Below are positions 8,729 through 18,119 of a stretch of DNA of 64,000 nucleotides, piece after piece. Origin of the DNA: a virus; the IMG/VR virus record IMGVR_UViG_3300023181_000004, positions 1 through 64,000 of that record. The stretch is one strand, 5' to 3'. Under the pieces are notes generated by a model that saw only the letters and a program-made list of their open reading frames with translations, searched no databases and had not been told where the DNA came from. Position 1 is the stretch's first letter; each line of letters starts with the position of its first letter. The position numbers were made by a program, and so were the translations under genes.

Positions 8729-11197
8729 ATGAGCATTTTCAAAGACTTCGCCCCGCTGTACTGGGCAGCGGGCATTCCAGTCATGCCGCTCAAGCGCTGG
8801 AATTCGCCCGGCAAGGGCGCCGGCAAGGCACCGATCCTGAACGAGTGGACGCAATACGGCGAGTTCATGCCGTCCGAGGCCATCCGCTCGCTCTGGCTGA
8901 CCACCTATCCGGACTCGAATATCGGTCTGCCGTTCGGTGACGCCTCGGGCCTGTGCGCGATCGACATCGATACCGAGGACGCCGACCAGATCGCGGCGAT
9001 CCGCGCCGCCCTGCCGCCGTCGCCGTGGGTGCGCATCGGCCAGAAGGGCATGGGCTTGATCTACAAGTGGCAGGGCCAGCCCAACTTCAAGCTGCGCGAC
9101 GGCGACAATCAGTCGATCGTCGAGTTCTTGGGCAAGGGCAACCAGATGGTGCTGCCGCCGTCGATCCACCCCAAGACCGAGAAGCCCTACGTCTCGGATA
9201 CGAACCTGTGGGAGGTGCTCGACAAGATCCACCACCTGCCGGTCGATATCGAGCGCATCCTGCGGCAGGCGCTGGGCGATCTGCCCGGCCTGTCGATCGC
9301 GCAGTCGGGCCGCAGCGCGCCGCTGGACGTGATCCCGCAGGGCGAACGTGACATCCAGATGGTCCGGCACGCCGGCTACCTCGCGCGCGTGGTGCGCGGC
9401 ATCGACAAGGCGGCGAAGTTCTCGCTGTCCGAGGCGATGAAGCACATGTCGCACTGGGTCGAGAACTTCACGGCGCACACCTCGGGCGACGACATGGACC
9501 CCGACAAGGGCGTGTCGAAGCTGGTCGAGTTCCTCCTGCGCGACGTCGAAGCCGGGGCCACGCTGCCGAACGGGTGGGACGACGGCCTGACCGACGAACA
9601 GCGTGCGCATCCCGCAATCGCGGCGATGATCGTGAAGAATGACATCCAGCGCTGGTCGGTGACCAAGGCGACCGAGTGGCTCGACGCACAGATGATGGTC
9701 GATCCGACCAATGTCGATCGCACGATCGAGCTGGTGACCAGCCTGATTGACTCGCTGGCCAAGGACGAGAACTTCTCCGAGAGCGAGTTCAAGCTGATGG
9801 CCGGTGTGATCGCGCTGCGGACGAAGCACCTCGTCACCTACTCGAAAGCCGACCTCAAGGCCGATTTCCGGGAGTCGCGCAAGGGCGACACCGAGATGGC
9901 CGAGGATCATGAGGCGATCGCGCGGCAGGTGATCGAGGAAATCGGCCGCGGCGGCGAGCTGCGCTACGATCAGGGCAAGTTCTGGCAGTGGTCGGGCGCC
10001 CACTTCGCGTCACGCGAGATCGAGGATATCCAGCAGGAGATCGCCGAGCGCGTCAAGGGCAACCAGCTGGCTCGTCGGCACAATGATTATGTCGCCATCG
10101 GCAAGACGATCGCCATGCTGGTGCGCGCGCCACTGGCGCGTGAGCTGGAGGATGGCATCAATTTCGCCAACGGCTTCCTCGACACGTCGCTGAAGCTGCA
10201 CGACCACTCGCCGAAATATGGCAAGACCTTTACCATGCCGTTCAATTATATCCCCGAGCGCGCGGCGGAGTGCCACAAATGGCTCGAATATCTGGAGCGG
10301 TCATGGGGCGATGACCCCGATTATACCGAGAAGGTCATGGCCTTGCAGGAAGCGTTCGCCGCCACGATGTTCGGCATCGCCCCGAAGTTCCAGCGCGCGT
10401 TCCTGCTGCACGGCAAGGCCGGGTCGGGCAAGACGCAGGCGCTGGAGATCCTGCGAGCCATGATGCCGCCGGCCGCCAGCTGCTCGGTGCCCCCGACGCT
10501 GTGGAACGAGCGGTTCCAGCTGGCGCCGATGGTCGGCAAGACCCTTAACCTGTGCGGCGAGCTGCCCGAGGAAGCGACCATCGACGGGCGTGCGTTCAAG
10601 GAAATCGTCGAAGGCACGGTTCAGAACACCGAGTTCAAGGGCGGCGCGATCTTCCAGTTCTGGCCCACGGCGGCGCAGTGGTTCGGCTCGAACCATCTGC
10701 CGCGGTCGCGGGACACCAGCCGGGGCTTCATCCGGCGCTGGCTGATCCTCGACTTCCTGCGCGTGGTCCCTTCGGAAGAGCGGATCGTCGATTTCTACAA
10801 GGTGCTGATCGCGGAAGAGCGCGAGGCGATCGCCGCGTGGGCGGTGCAGGGCTTGAAGCGGCTCCTGACGCAGGGCGATTACACGCAGCCAGCCTCGCAC
10901 GTGTCGCGGCTTAATCAGGTGGCCCGTGCGAACAACTCGGTCGCGGCATTCCTGCAGAGCACCGACAAGGTCAAGGTCACCGAGGGTTGCGTGGCCGATC
11001 TGCGGGCTGTTTTCGACCAGTATATCGACTTCATGAAGAACATCTCGCGCGGTTACAGCGTCTCGTATGAACGTTTCATGCAGATGGTCGACGAGCTGGG
11101 CTATACGGTTGATCAATATATCGATGGCGTGGGACAACTGCGGCATGACGCCCAAGGCTTGGAATTGCGCCAAGCGCTGCTCCCTTCACCCCGATAA
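8729..11197 (+). CDS. Prim-Pol domain fused to D5/P4-family SF3 helicase
   Basis: NIGLPFG...AIDIDT and VLPPSIHP Prim-Pol motifs; INFANG, GKAGSGKT Walker A, SNHLP, RRWLILDF. Confidence 0.92.
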   Translation: MSIFKDFAPLYWAAGIPVMPLKRWNSPGKGAGKAPILNEWTQYGEFMPSEAIRSLWLTTYPDSNIGLPFGDASGLCAIDIDTEDADQIAAIRAALPPSPWVRIGQKGMGLIYKWQGQPNFKLRDGDNQSIVEFLGKGNQMVLPPSIHPKTEKPYVSDTNLWEVLDKIHHLPVDIERILRQALGDLPGLSIAQSGRSAPLDVIPQGERDIQMVRHAGYLARVVRGIDKAAKFSLSEAMKHMSHWVENFTAHTSGDDMDPDKGVSKLVEFLLRDVEAGATLPNGWDDGLTDEQRAHPAIAAMIVKNDIQRWSVTKATEWLDAQMMVDPTNVDRTIELVTSLIDSLAKDENFSESEFKLMAGVIALRTKHLVTYSKADLKADFRESRKGDTEMAEDHEAIARQVIEEIGRGGELRYDQGKFWQWSGAHFASREIEDIQQEIAERVKGNQLARRHNDYVAIGKTIAMLVRAPLARELEDGINFANGFLDTSLKLHDHSPKYGKTFTMPFNYIPERAAECHKWLEYLERSWGDDPDYTEKVMALQEAFAATMFGIAPKFQRAFLLHGKAGSGKTQALEILRAMMPPAASCSVPPTLWNERFQLAPMVGKTLNLCGELPEEATIDGRAFKEIVEGTVQNTEFKGGAIFQFWPTAAQWFGSNHLPRSRDTSRGFIRRWLILDFLRVVPSEERIVDFYKVLIAEEREAIAAWAVQGLKRLLTQGDYTQPASHVSRLNQVARANNSVAAFLQSTDKVKVTEGCVADLRAVFDQYIDFMKNISRGYSVSYERFMQMVDELGYTVDQYIDGVGQLRHDAQGLELRQALLPSPR

Positions 11198-11203
11198 TGA
11201 TAC

Positions 11204-11239
11204 AAAACCTCGGACTTTGTGCGTAAAGTCCGAGGTTTT
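11204..11239. terminator. 15-bp perfect inverted repeat, probable terminator of primase gene
   Basis: AAAACCTCGGACTTT-GTGCGT-AAAGTCCGAGGTTTT. Confidence 0.65.
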
Positions 11240-11464
11240 CACATATAAATGTCGAAAAACTTGAAAAAATATCGCGAAATCGTGGGCGGACTATTGCTCT
11301 ATAGGTGTGAAATTTGAGGGGCAAAAGACGTGTTACCCTTTGATATCATTGGATATTCTTAGGCATACCACCTAGACCACATCTAATTCGAGCACCCCCA
11401 CCTTCGCATCACTATTATATCATCTAAACCAAACACATCGCTTCTAGCGGTGACGGGCACGGAC

Positions 11465-11566
11465 CCAAGGCGCACCACATATACATAGTGTATGTGGGGC
11501 AGATCAGAGGCAGCGAGGGCTGCTTCTGGTGACAGGGAAGCTGTGTCTTGGTGGTTCACCTGAACC
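11465..11566 (+). ncRNA. candidate structured RNA/leader (three-way junction plus short hairpin)
   Basis: 11465-11474 pairs with 11542-11551, enclosing hairpins 11475-11497 and 11504-11529; all non-Watson-Crick pairs are G-U on the plus strand. Confidence 0.4.
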
Positions 11567-11609
11567 GCTTAAATGTTTAAGTCCAATCATCCCAACGGGA
11601 GTAACCACA

Positions 11610-12401
11610 ATGACTGTTCAAGTGATCGATACCAAGAACGACGGTGCAATGACCATCGACACCAACGCCCCCGATGCGCGCAGCATGATGCTGGCCAGTG
11701 CCAGCGCGATCGCGGCCTTCGTCATCGAAAGCGAAGGCAAGCTCGCTGATACGGCCAAGGCATGGGGGCATGCCCTCTTCCGCGCCGTCTACGTCGACGG
11801 TGCCAACATGGACGGCATGATCGGCGATAGCAAAGTCGCCGCTGGGTGGTCCGTCCTCACGACGAACGAGACGGGCAAGAAAGCCAAGGCGCGGCTCGAA
11901 GTCTACTTCTCCAATGCCCGCAAGGTGGCGGAAGCATGGGGTGGCATGGAACAGGCGGCGCGCGACGACGTGCTGGCGGGCCTGTCCTCTATCCACTACA
12001 TCGCAGGTCAACTGCGCAAGGCCGAAGCCGACGCCAAGCGTGCGGCGGACAAGGCGGCCAAGCTGGCCAAGGCCGAACAGGAAGCGGCCGATGCCAAGGA
12101 GGAAGCAAGCCCCGCTATCATCGACCCCCATGCGGAGCGCGACGCCAGCCAGCGCAAGGCATTGGACCATGCGGTCTATACCGTGGCCGACGGCTATTCG
12201 CCCCTCAATATGGTGCGTTTCGCTGCAACCGACGAAAGCGTGACGCTGGAAGAATTGCTTTCCCTCGTCGCTCGCAAGATGATCGGCGCGAGCGATGCCG
12301 ATATCGATGCCGCGTATCCAACGCTGGAAGCGATCATCGCCAGCGTGGACGCTCGCATCAATGCGGCGGCCGATGCCGAGCCGGTTTCGCTGGCGGCTTA
12401 A
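11610..12401 (+). CDS. first early protein, Ala-rich, ends in ssrA-like VSLAA
   Basis: GGGAG RBS, typical codon bias, 263 aa. Confidence 0.75.
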   Translation: MTVQVIDTKNDGAMTIDTNAPDARSMMLASASAIAAFVIESEGKLADTAKAWGHALFRAVYVDGANMDGMIGDSKVAAGWSVLTTNETGKKAKARLEVYFSNARKVAEAWGGMEQAARDDVLAGLSSIHYIAGQLRKAEADAKRAADKAAKLAKAEQEAADAKEEASPAIIDPHAERDASQRKALDHAVYTVADGYSPLNMVRFAATDESVTLEELLSLVARKMIGASDADIDAAYPTLEAIIASVDARINAAADAEPVSLAA

Positions 12402-12484
12402 ATGTTTAAGTCCCCGGCCTTGTGCCGGGGGCTACTCCAGCGCCCATGCGTGGACGTTGCGGTAGCCCTTGTGGAGTAGTGCGT

Positions 12485-12769
12485 ATGGCAATGACCCAAG
12501 CAGAGTCCTATGCAGATCTGTGGACGCAGCATCGCGATTATTGGAAGCCTTGCACCCCCGACGACATTCACGGGTTGCGCGAGGATCGCGAGTTCGAGCC
12601 GCCCAGCCGCGCGCATCGCAAACGGCTCGCTCGGGATCGCCCGGAAGTCACCGTCGCCCGCCCGGCCCCGCCGGTCGACCAGTCCGCGCGTTTGCGTATC
12701 AATCAGGCCTCCGCGCACGGTGCGCGGATCAAGGCCCTCCTCGGCTATGTCAAGCCGATTGTCAGGTAG
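12485..12769 (+). CDS. hypothetical early protein
   Basis: GGAG RBS before ATG. Confidence 0.5.
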   Translation: MAMTQAESYADLWTQHRDYWKPCTPDDIHGLREDREFEPPSRAHRKRLARDRPEVTVARPAPPVDQSARLRINQASAHGARIKALLGYVKPIVR

Positions 12770-12778
12770 GAGGCTTAA

Positions 12779-12916
12779 ATGTTTAAGTGGAAAGTCTGGA
12801 ACGTCGACAAGGCCAAGCCCGTGGGCGAGCCGATGCGGTCCCTCAGGAAGGCCATTGCGAACGCCACCACGCTTGAGTGCCGTGATGGTGAGCATCACAC
12901 CGTGGTGCCCGCGTGA
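12779..12916 (+). CDS. 45-aa hypothetical protein (MFKWKVWNV...), not in ORF track
   Basis: AGGAGG RBS; ATG lies inside the 14-bp motif; GTGA overlap with next gene. Confidence 0.6.
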   Translation: MFKWKVWNVDKAKPVGEPMRSLRKAIANATTLECRDGEHHTVVPA

Positions 12917-13140
12917 GCGTGCTCTACGGCTATGCGGTGCTCAGCATCGTGGCCACGCTCGCCGTGTTGTGGGGCGGTCTTCGCAAGCGCGAGATCAAGA
13001 CCGACTGCAAGCGCAATCTCTCCAACGCTCGGGTCTGCGCGATTTATCGCGGCGCCGGCGCTCGCTGGTATCCGCATGAGATGGACGACGGCACCGTGCG
13101 CTGGTATCCCGTCGTTCATGACTATGCCTTGGACATTTGA
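12913..13140 (+). CDS. small membrane-anchored hypothetical protein
   Basis: N-terminal hydrophobic helix; coupled start. Confidence 0.55.
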   Translation: MSVLYGYAVLSIVATLAVLWGGLRKREIKTDCKRNLSNARVCAIYRGAGARWYPHEMDDGTVRWYPVVHDYALDI

Positions 13141-13630
13141 CGCGCTGCTCGACGCCGAGCACCGCTACAGCTCACTCAAGTTCCGGCGGGTCGCGCGTCA
13201 ATTTGACCCGACCCGCATGGACTATGGCGAGGCTGTGGAGCTGGTCGGCTTCATGAAAACGATCGATGGTGTGAAATATGCACGCTGGATCTTCGGCTGG
13301 AAGGCCGCCGGTGTGCGTGAAGCCACGCGGTTGTTCGAGCATCTGGATCAGGACGAAGCCGTAGCCAACGTGGTCGCGGCCAATCTCGCTGTGCTTGAGC
13401 GGGATGACGGACTTAAATGTTTAAGGGCCATGAAGGATGGTGGATGGCGTCAGGGAAGCGTTCCGGGGATTGTCCGCATGGCCGTTCTCGACATGCGGGA
13501 CGCTGGCATGACCTATCGTGAGGTCGGCGACGTGGCCGGGCTTACTCGGGATCAGGTGAACGTTATAATTCACGGTCTTCGCCGTGTGGCTGCGCCGGTG
13601 CCGCTCCTAGGCTTGGTGGCGGAGGGATAA
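13118..13630 (+). CDS. protein with C-terminal helix-turn-helix (candidate regulator)
   Basis: AGMTYREVGDVAGLTRDQVNVII HTH pattern. Confidence 0.6.
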   Translation: MTMPWTFDALLDAEHRYSSLKFRRVARQFDPTRMDYGEAVELVGFMKTIDGVKYARWIFGWKAAGVREATRLFEHLDQDEAVANVVAANLAVLERDDGLKCLRAMKDGGWRQGSVPGIVRMAVLDMRDAGMTYREVGDVAGLTRDQVNVIIHGLRRVAAPVPLLGLVAEG

Positions 13631-13660
13631 CTCGCCTTCTGGAGCGAGTCCCAATTCACC

Positions 13661-13752
13661 AAACTACCGGGTAGTCTCTTCCTTATACTATTTACTTTTA
13701 GATAATCTTATAGAGCTTATATATAATAACCATACAAATTACAGGGTAGTTT
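13661..13752. promoter_or_regulatory. two oppositely oriented 17-bp sites (3 and 4 of 12) flanking a very AT-rich spacer; candidate origin or divergent control region
   Basis: AAACTAC-CGG-GTAGTCT (13661) and AAATTAC-AGG-GTAGTTT (13736) around a 58-bp AT-rich tract. Confidence 0.6.
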
Positions 13753-13875
13753 GAGGAAATTTGAAAGGGCTTAGAGATCGAGTTGTCTCACCTGGAATAG
13801 GTCAAGAACCTAGGCTTAGACCAGCGCCGCGTCCTGTCTCGCGACCCTGCTCTAAACCAAGGGAAGGACCACGCC

Positions 13876-14052
13876 ATGTTCATCGGCCTGCTCATCGGCT
13901 TCACCCTCTTCGGGTTGCTCATCTTCACGCAAAACAATCACCGGCCCGCCGACCCGGTCAAGCTCCAGCTGATCCGCTCGATCATGCGGGTCATCGGTCT
14001 GTTTTTCTTCATCATTGGCCTGTGCGGCGCCATCGGATGGATCATCGACTGA
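13876..14052 (+). CDS. 58-aa two-TM membrane protein
   Basis: GGAAGGA RBS; two hydrophobic segments. Confidence 0.6.
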   Translation: MFIGLLIGFTLFGLLIFTQNNHRPADPVKLQLIRSIMRVIGLFFFIIGLCGAIGWIID

Positions 14053-14598
14053 CATGAACTATTGGCAAACACATCCCGGTTAGCGACCACCATCGCTCTG
14101 ACCTACACGACACATAGAACCGGGCATTGGCACACGCCATGTAAGTCCCACCCGCAAGATATAACCAGTCGCGAGAATAATCGCTTGCACCCTTGAGCGG
14201 GATTTGGGTGCCCCGCCGTTGGAGACGAAACAGGAGGATCATATGGGCCGCGTGCGCAAGCACTAAAGGGCCTGCATCGAGAGGCGGCGGCCTGACGCAT
14301 TGATGGATCCAGCGTGAGAATGACGATGCACTCCAAACACAAGACCTACGATTAGCTGATGCGGGTGATCCCCGCCTCGACTAACCACATAGGGTACGCC
14401 CACGCGCTTGCAATCGCACCTTTGAGCTAAGCTCAAGCTCCAAGAACTGCTGACGAGGTCACTGTTCTTAAACATTTAAGTCCTGATCGGACCTGACGGA
14501 CCACCGAGCCAAAGCTATGGACCTCACCGTACATGGTGGGGAGACGAATGAGGCAGCATGTGATCCGTCTAGCCCTATCAGCCCCGGAGTACGCTCCC

Positions 14599-14973
14599 AT
14601 GTTGGTCTATCGCATCGAAGCCATCGACAACCCACGCGTTGGAGCCTTCAACGGCTCCAACGGCCCCGCCCACTACGCCCGAGAGCAAGCCGTACGCGAA
14701 GGCGTGCTCGACCCATACAGCCATCCGACCCCGCAGATGGAAGGCTTGAAGATCTTCTACGACCAGCACGTCTGCGGTTTCCCGCACCTCGACGCTTACC
14801 GCACGTGGTTCGTCACGCCGACCGTTCGCAAGGCCTTGTGGGAAGGCGACACCCACCATATGCGTGTCTACGACATGCCAGACCACCTCGTCCAAGTCGG
14901 GATGTTGCAGGTGGTCTTCAACCCCGACGAGGCCATCAGCGTGCGCCTCGCCACTGCGGAGGAAATCGCATGA
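14599..14973 (+). CDS. hypothetical phage protein (VYRIE...HPTP...CGF...WF), possibly ART-like fold
   Basis: GGAG RBS; early-strand YR and aromatic/CGF pattern; fold call is inference. Confidence 0.55.
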   Translation: MLVYRIEAIDNPRVGAFNGSNGPAHYAREQAVREGVLDPYSHPTPQMEGLKIFYDQHVCGFPHLDAYRTWFVTPTVRKALWEGDTHHMRVYDMPDHLVQVGMLQVVFNPDEAISVRLATAEEIA

Positions 14974-15164
14974 TAACCATTCTCGTCACCGGCCTCGCAG
15001 TCGCATTCGGCATCATCAGCCTCGTGGCCTTGGGATGGATCATCACGATCCTGATCGAGATCGGCAAGCGCGGCCGGCCCATGCTCGCTTGGGCTATCGC
15101 TTGGGCACTCATCACCTTCATCATCTCTCTCCTTATCCTAGGAATTCCCAATGCTTCATCGTGA
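14970..15164 (+). CDS. small two-TM membrane protein
   Basis: ATGA overlap, two hydrophobic helices. Confidence 0.6.
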   Translation: MITILVTGLAVAFGIISLVALGWIITILIEIGKRGRPMLAWAIAWALITFIISLLILGIPNASS

Positions 15165-15648
15165 AAACCTCGCCAAGCTCGCCGACTATCTCGCGACCCT
15201 GCCCGACGACTACGCGGCGTTCGAGATGCAAGTTTATCTCCAGAAGGCGCATTCATTATACGGCTGGGATTCTCTTGATCCAGACGTCGAGAAGAACTAC
15301 GCGCTCCACAACGGTGGCGTCGACAAATGCGGCGCGGTGGCGTGCGCCGTCGGGCACGGGCCATCGGCTGGCATCTACGTTCCCGAGGAGATGATCCACG
15401 GTGGACGCATCAGATGGCATTCCTACATCGACCGTTTCTTCCTCGATGGCTATGCCGACAGTGATGGTGAGGAACCCGTCGACGTCGCCCACCGCTGGAT
15501 GTTTGGCAGCAACTGGTCGACCTTCGATAACACTCCGAAGGGCGCCGCCTTGCGTATTCGCTACCTCCTCGACGGCAAGCCTGTGCCGCACGATTTCGGG
15601 GACTTTGGGCCGACTGCCGAGCACGTGGACTTGTACACCGATGCCTAA
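15151..15648 (+). CDS. hypothetical phage protein (CGAVACAVGH motif)
   Basis: AGGA RBS, codon bias. Confidence 0.7.
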   Translation: MLHRENLAKLADYLATLPDDYAAFEMQVYLQKAHSLYGWDSLDPDVEKNYALHNGGVDKCGAVACAVGHGPSAGIYVPEEMIHGGRIRWHSYIDRFFLDGYADSDGEEPVDVAHRWMFGSNWSTFDNTPKGAALRIRYLLDGKPVPHDFGDFGPTAEHVDLYTDA

Positions 15649-15767
15649 GCTCTTCGTCACGGCCAATGAGCCATACCACGCCCGCGTCTCGGTCCAACCC
15701 GACAGCAACGGCATTCGTATGACAATCGACTGCCTTATCAAAGGCTTAGCTAAGAGAGGTCGTCAGC

Positions 15768-16160
15768 ATGTCCGATAAACCCATCGTCACCGCCCTGCGT
15801 AATACCGCAGCTTGGCTTGCCGCCAACCCGGACAAGCACATTTCCGGGCGGCTGGCCGAGGACAAGAACTATAACTTCATCAAATCGCCGTTCGCACCGG
15901 AAGCAGCCTGCTTCTGCGCCTACGGTCGCATGTTGGTGGAGCTGGACGCCCTCGGCGAGCCGGTCAAGACGTTGTTCGAGAAAGAATATCTCGATCACGA
16001 TCGCCCCGATGCCGACTTTTACGGGCCGATGCACCAGCGCTACGGCATCCTCTACGAAGAGGTCTATATGGTGAACGACAGCACCAGAAGCCACCAGGGC
16101 AATCGCAGGGTCATCCCCTTCTTGCAGGACAAGGCCGATGCCCTCGCCCAATCCGCATAG
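15768..16160 (+). CDS. hypothetical phage protein (ACFCAYG motif)
   Basis: GAGG RBS, codon bias. Confidence 0.65.
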   Translation: MSDKPIVTALRNTAAWLAANPDKHISGRLAEDKNYNFIKSPFAPEAACFCAYGRMLVELDALGEPVKTLFEKEYLDHDRPDADFYGPMHQRYGILYEEVYMVNDSTRSHQGNRRVIPFLQDKADALAQSA

Positions 16161-16533
16161 CATCGCGCACCATTTCATCAAGGACGTGGAGCACATCCCG
16201 AACACCAACGACCTGTGGCTGGCGCAGGCCACCCGTGCTGTGAAGAACCCCGGCAAGGGCGAATATATGACGGTGTTATTGGGGCCGGCTACCCGTTCGA
16301 TCTTGCCGTGTCTCCAGAACAACTGGAGTATCGAACACCGCCTCCTCGACGGCTATCGCCTGCGTGGTTACGTCAAGGAATGGCCTGCAACCGGCTACAA
16401 GATCGAGGCACACAGCGTCGTGTCTGGTAGTCAGTGGGTGCGCCAGCACCGCGCCGAGGTCTTCGCACAGGACTTCGCCACCGCGCGTCGGCTGCTCATC
16501 GTCCTCGCAAAAGAATTGGTGATTGACCGATGA
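16138..16533 (+). CDS. hypothetical protein
   Basis: overlap-coupled within the plus-strand gene run. Confidence 0.6.
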   Translation: MPSPNPHSIAHHFIKDVEHIPNTNDLWLAQATRAVKNPGKGEYMTVLLGPATRSILPCLQNNWSIEHRLLDGYRLRGYVKEWPATGYKIEAHSVVSGSQWVRQHRAEVFAQDFATARRLLIVLAKELVIDR

Positions 16534-16976
16534 TCTCATTCCATGACGTGCGCCGCGCACTTGACAAGCTCGGCATCACTATGAGCAACCTCCAGCTGTC
16601 CAACCTCATGAACGAGGTCGTACCCAATCCGATGTCCGGCCTGTCATGTGCAGGTGCCAACGTGTGGGGCGACAAGAAGTCGATCGACATCGTGGAAGGC
16701 TGGCTGCACAGCGACAGCACCATTCGCCAGTGGCGTGAGCAGGTGGATGCCAACCAGCAGCGCGCCATGCGCGCCGAGGAGCTGGGCATCCAGATGCTCG
16801 CATTCATCGCCAGCCTTGCGAACAGCAACCCCGCCCATAACGCCAGTGCGGCCCTCGCCGGACAGTTCCTCGAAGATCGTGGCATCGAGCCACACGAGGG
16901 CTTCTTCCACACGCAGGACGCCGCGCTCGCCGATGCAAGGACCAAGTTCTATGACGCAGCCCATCCCCGCGCCTAG
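16530..16976 (+). CDS. hypothetical protein
   Basis: ATGA coupling, codon bias. Confidence 0.6.
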   Translation: MISFHDVRRALDKLGITMSNLQLSNLMNEVVPNPMSGLSCAGANVWGDKKSIDIVEGWLHSDSTIRQWREQVDANQQRAMRAEELGIQMLAFIASLANSNPAHNASAALAGQFLEDRGIEPHEGFFHTQDAALADARTKFYDAAHPRA

Positions 16977-17168
16977 CAAGGGCTTCATCCTCGTTCCCGA
17001 CGACCGCATGTTCGAGACGAACTGGCAGGCCGCCGCCGCGGTGCGCCCCGCTTGGGATACGCGCACGCTCGCTCTCGCTCTGACCGAGCTGGCGCCGGGT
17101 GACGAGCTGGAAGTTAGCGACAGCCAGTCCTTCATCGCCCTCTCGGGCAAGACCGTGGAGTTCAAGTC

Positions 17169-17549
17169 GTGAACATTCCCGCCGACGGCCCGCTCAACCC
17201 CAATTATGGCCCATACGTTCGCGGCGCCCAGCCGATCGGAAAGGGCTTCTTCCTCGTCGACCACCAGCGCGGTGTCAAAGGCAAGGGCAAGGTGTGGCGG
17301 CCCGCGATCATTCGCGAGAACCCACGTTACGTGCCCGACAGCCACGACTATCGCACCTGCAACGCATGGCAGCTGGTCGCCGAGGTCAACCCGCAGCTCG
17401 GCAAGTACGTGGTCGACGGCTACGTCAAGGCCACGGTGTGGTGGGACGGTCCTACCGACCAGAAGCGCCGCGGTATCGAGGGCTATTTCCCTGACGAGGC
17501 CGAGGGCGTGCAGTTCATCGTGCGCGTTGCACCTGATCATGTTCAGTGA
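17169..17549 (+). CDS. hypothetical protein
   Basis: GTGA coupling, GGAG RBS. Confidence 0.6.
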   Translation: MNIPADGPLNPNYGPYVRGAQPIGKGFFLVDHQRGVKGKGKVWRPAIIRENPRYVPDSHDYRTCNAWQLVAEVNPQLGKYVVDGYVKATVWWDGPTDQKRRGIEGYFPDEAEGVQFIVRVAPDHVQ

Positions 17550-17735
17550 CTGTTGCCCGGCTAAGGCCGAGGCGCGCCATTATGGTTTGTTCGAGGGGCC
17601 GGTCGGGGATTACTGGTTTCATGATCATGGATCACCCTGCGAGGGCTGGTCTAAGCCCTCCCTTCGTAGAAGGGGCAAGCAATGGCTGATCCGTTGTTTG
17701 TTGCATGCTTTGAGCGAATAAAGCAACGCGTGCTT

Positions 17736-17752
17736 TAATTACCCCGTAGTTT
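17736..17752. promoter_or_regulatory. 17-bp site (5 of 12)
   Basis: TAATTAC-CCC-GTAGTTT, intergenic. Confidence 0.7.
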
Positions 17753-18119
17753 GGTAAGAACTATCTAGAACTTACTGTCAACGAGGGCCACATTAGGCGT
17801 TCACCAACGGAGAAGAATACGATCATGTCCAGTCTCACCCGCACCATCCAGCGCGCCGCAAAGCGCAGCAAGAACTACCTCGGCCGCGGCGGCAAGCTCG
17901 GGCACACCAACCCGAAGGCACCGACGAAACTTCACAGCCACGCGCGCGCCATGATGAACTTGCGCACCGCCTTGGGAGCACGAGCATGATCTGTTCACCC
18001 TATCGCACCAGCGTGACCGCCGCCATGCAGGACGAGGGCAAGCGCGTCGAGCCGTCGCTGCGCAACGGCCGGGCCAAGTCCGGTTGCGCCAAGCACCACC
18101 AGGGCAAGGCAGACGAGAA

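Larger units (their letters stand above)
11568..14480. repeat. dispersed 14-bp quasi-palindrome CTTAAATGTTTAAG, five copies
   Basis: exact copies at 11568, 12397, 12774, 13412 and the reverse complement at 14467. Confidence 0.85.

Noticed and set aside
11568-11581. CtrA box interpretation of the 14-bp motif
   Set aside because: Spacing is TTAA-N4-TTAA, not TTAA-N7-TTAA.
14445-14505. Hammerhead ribozyme core CTGACGA followed by GGTC...GACC
   Set aside because: No GAAA follows the putative stem II, and stems I and III are not evident.
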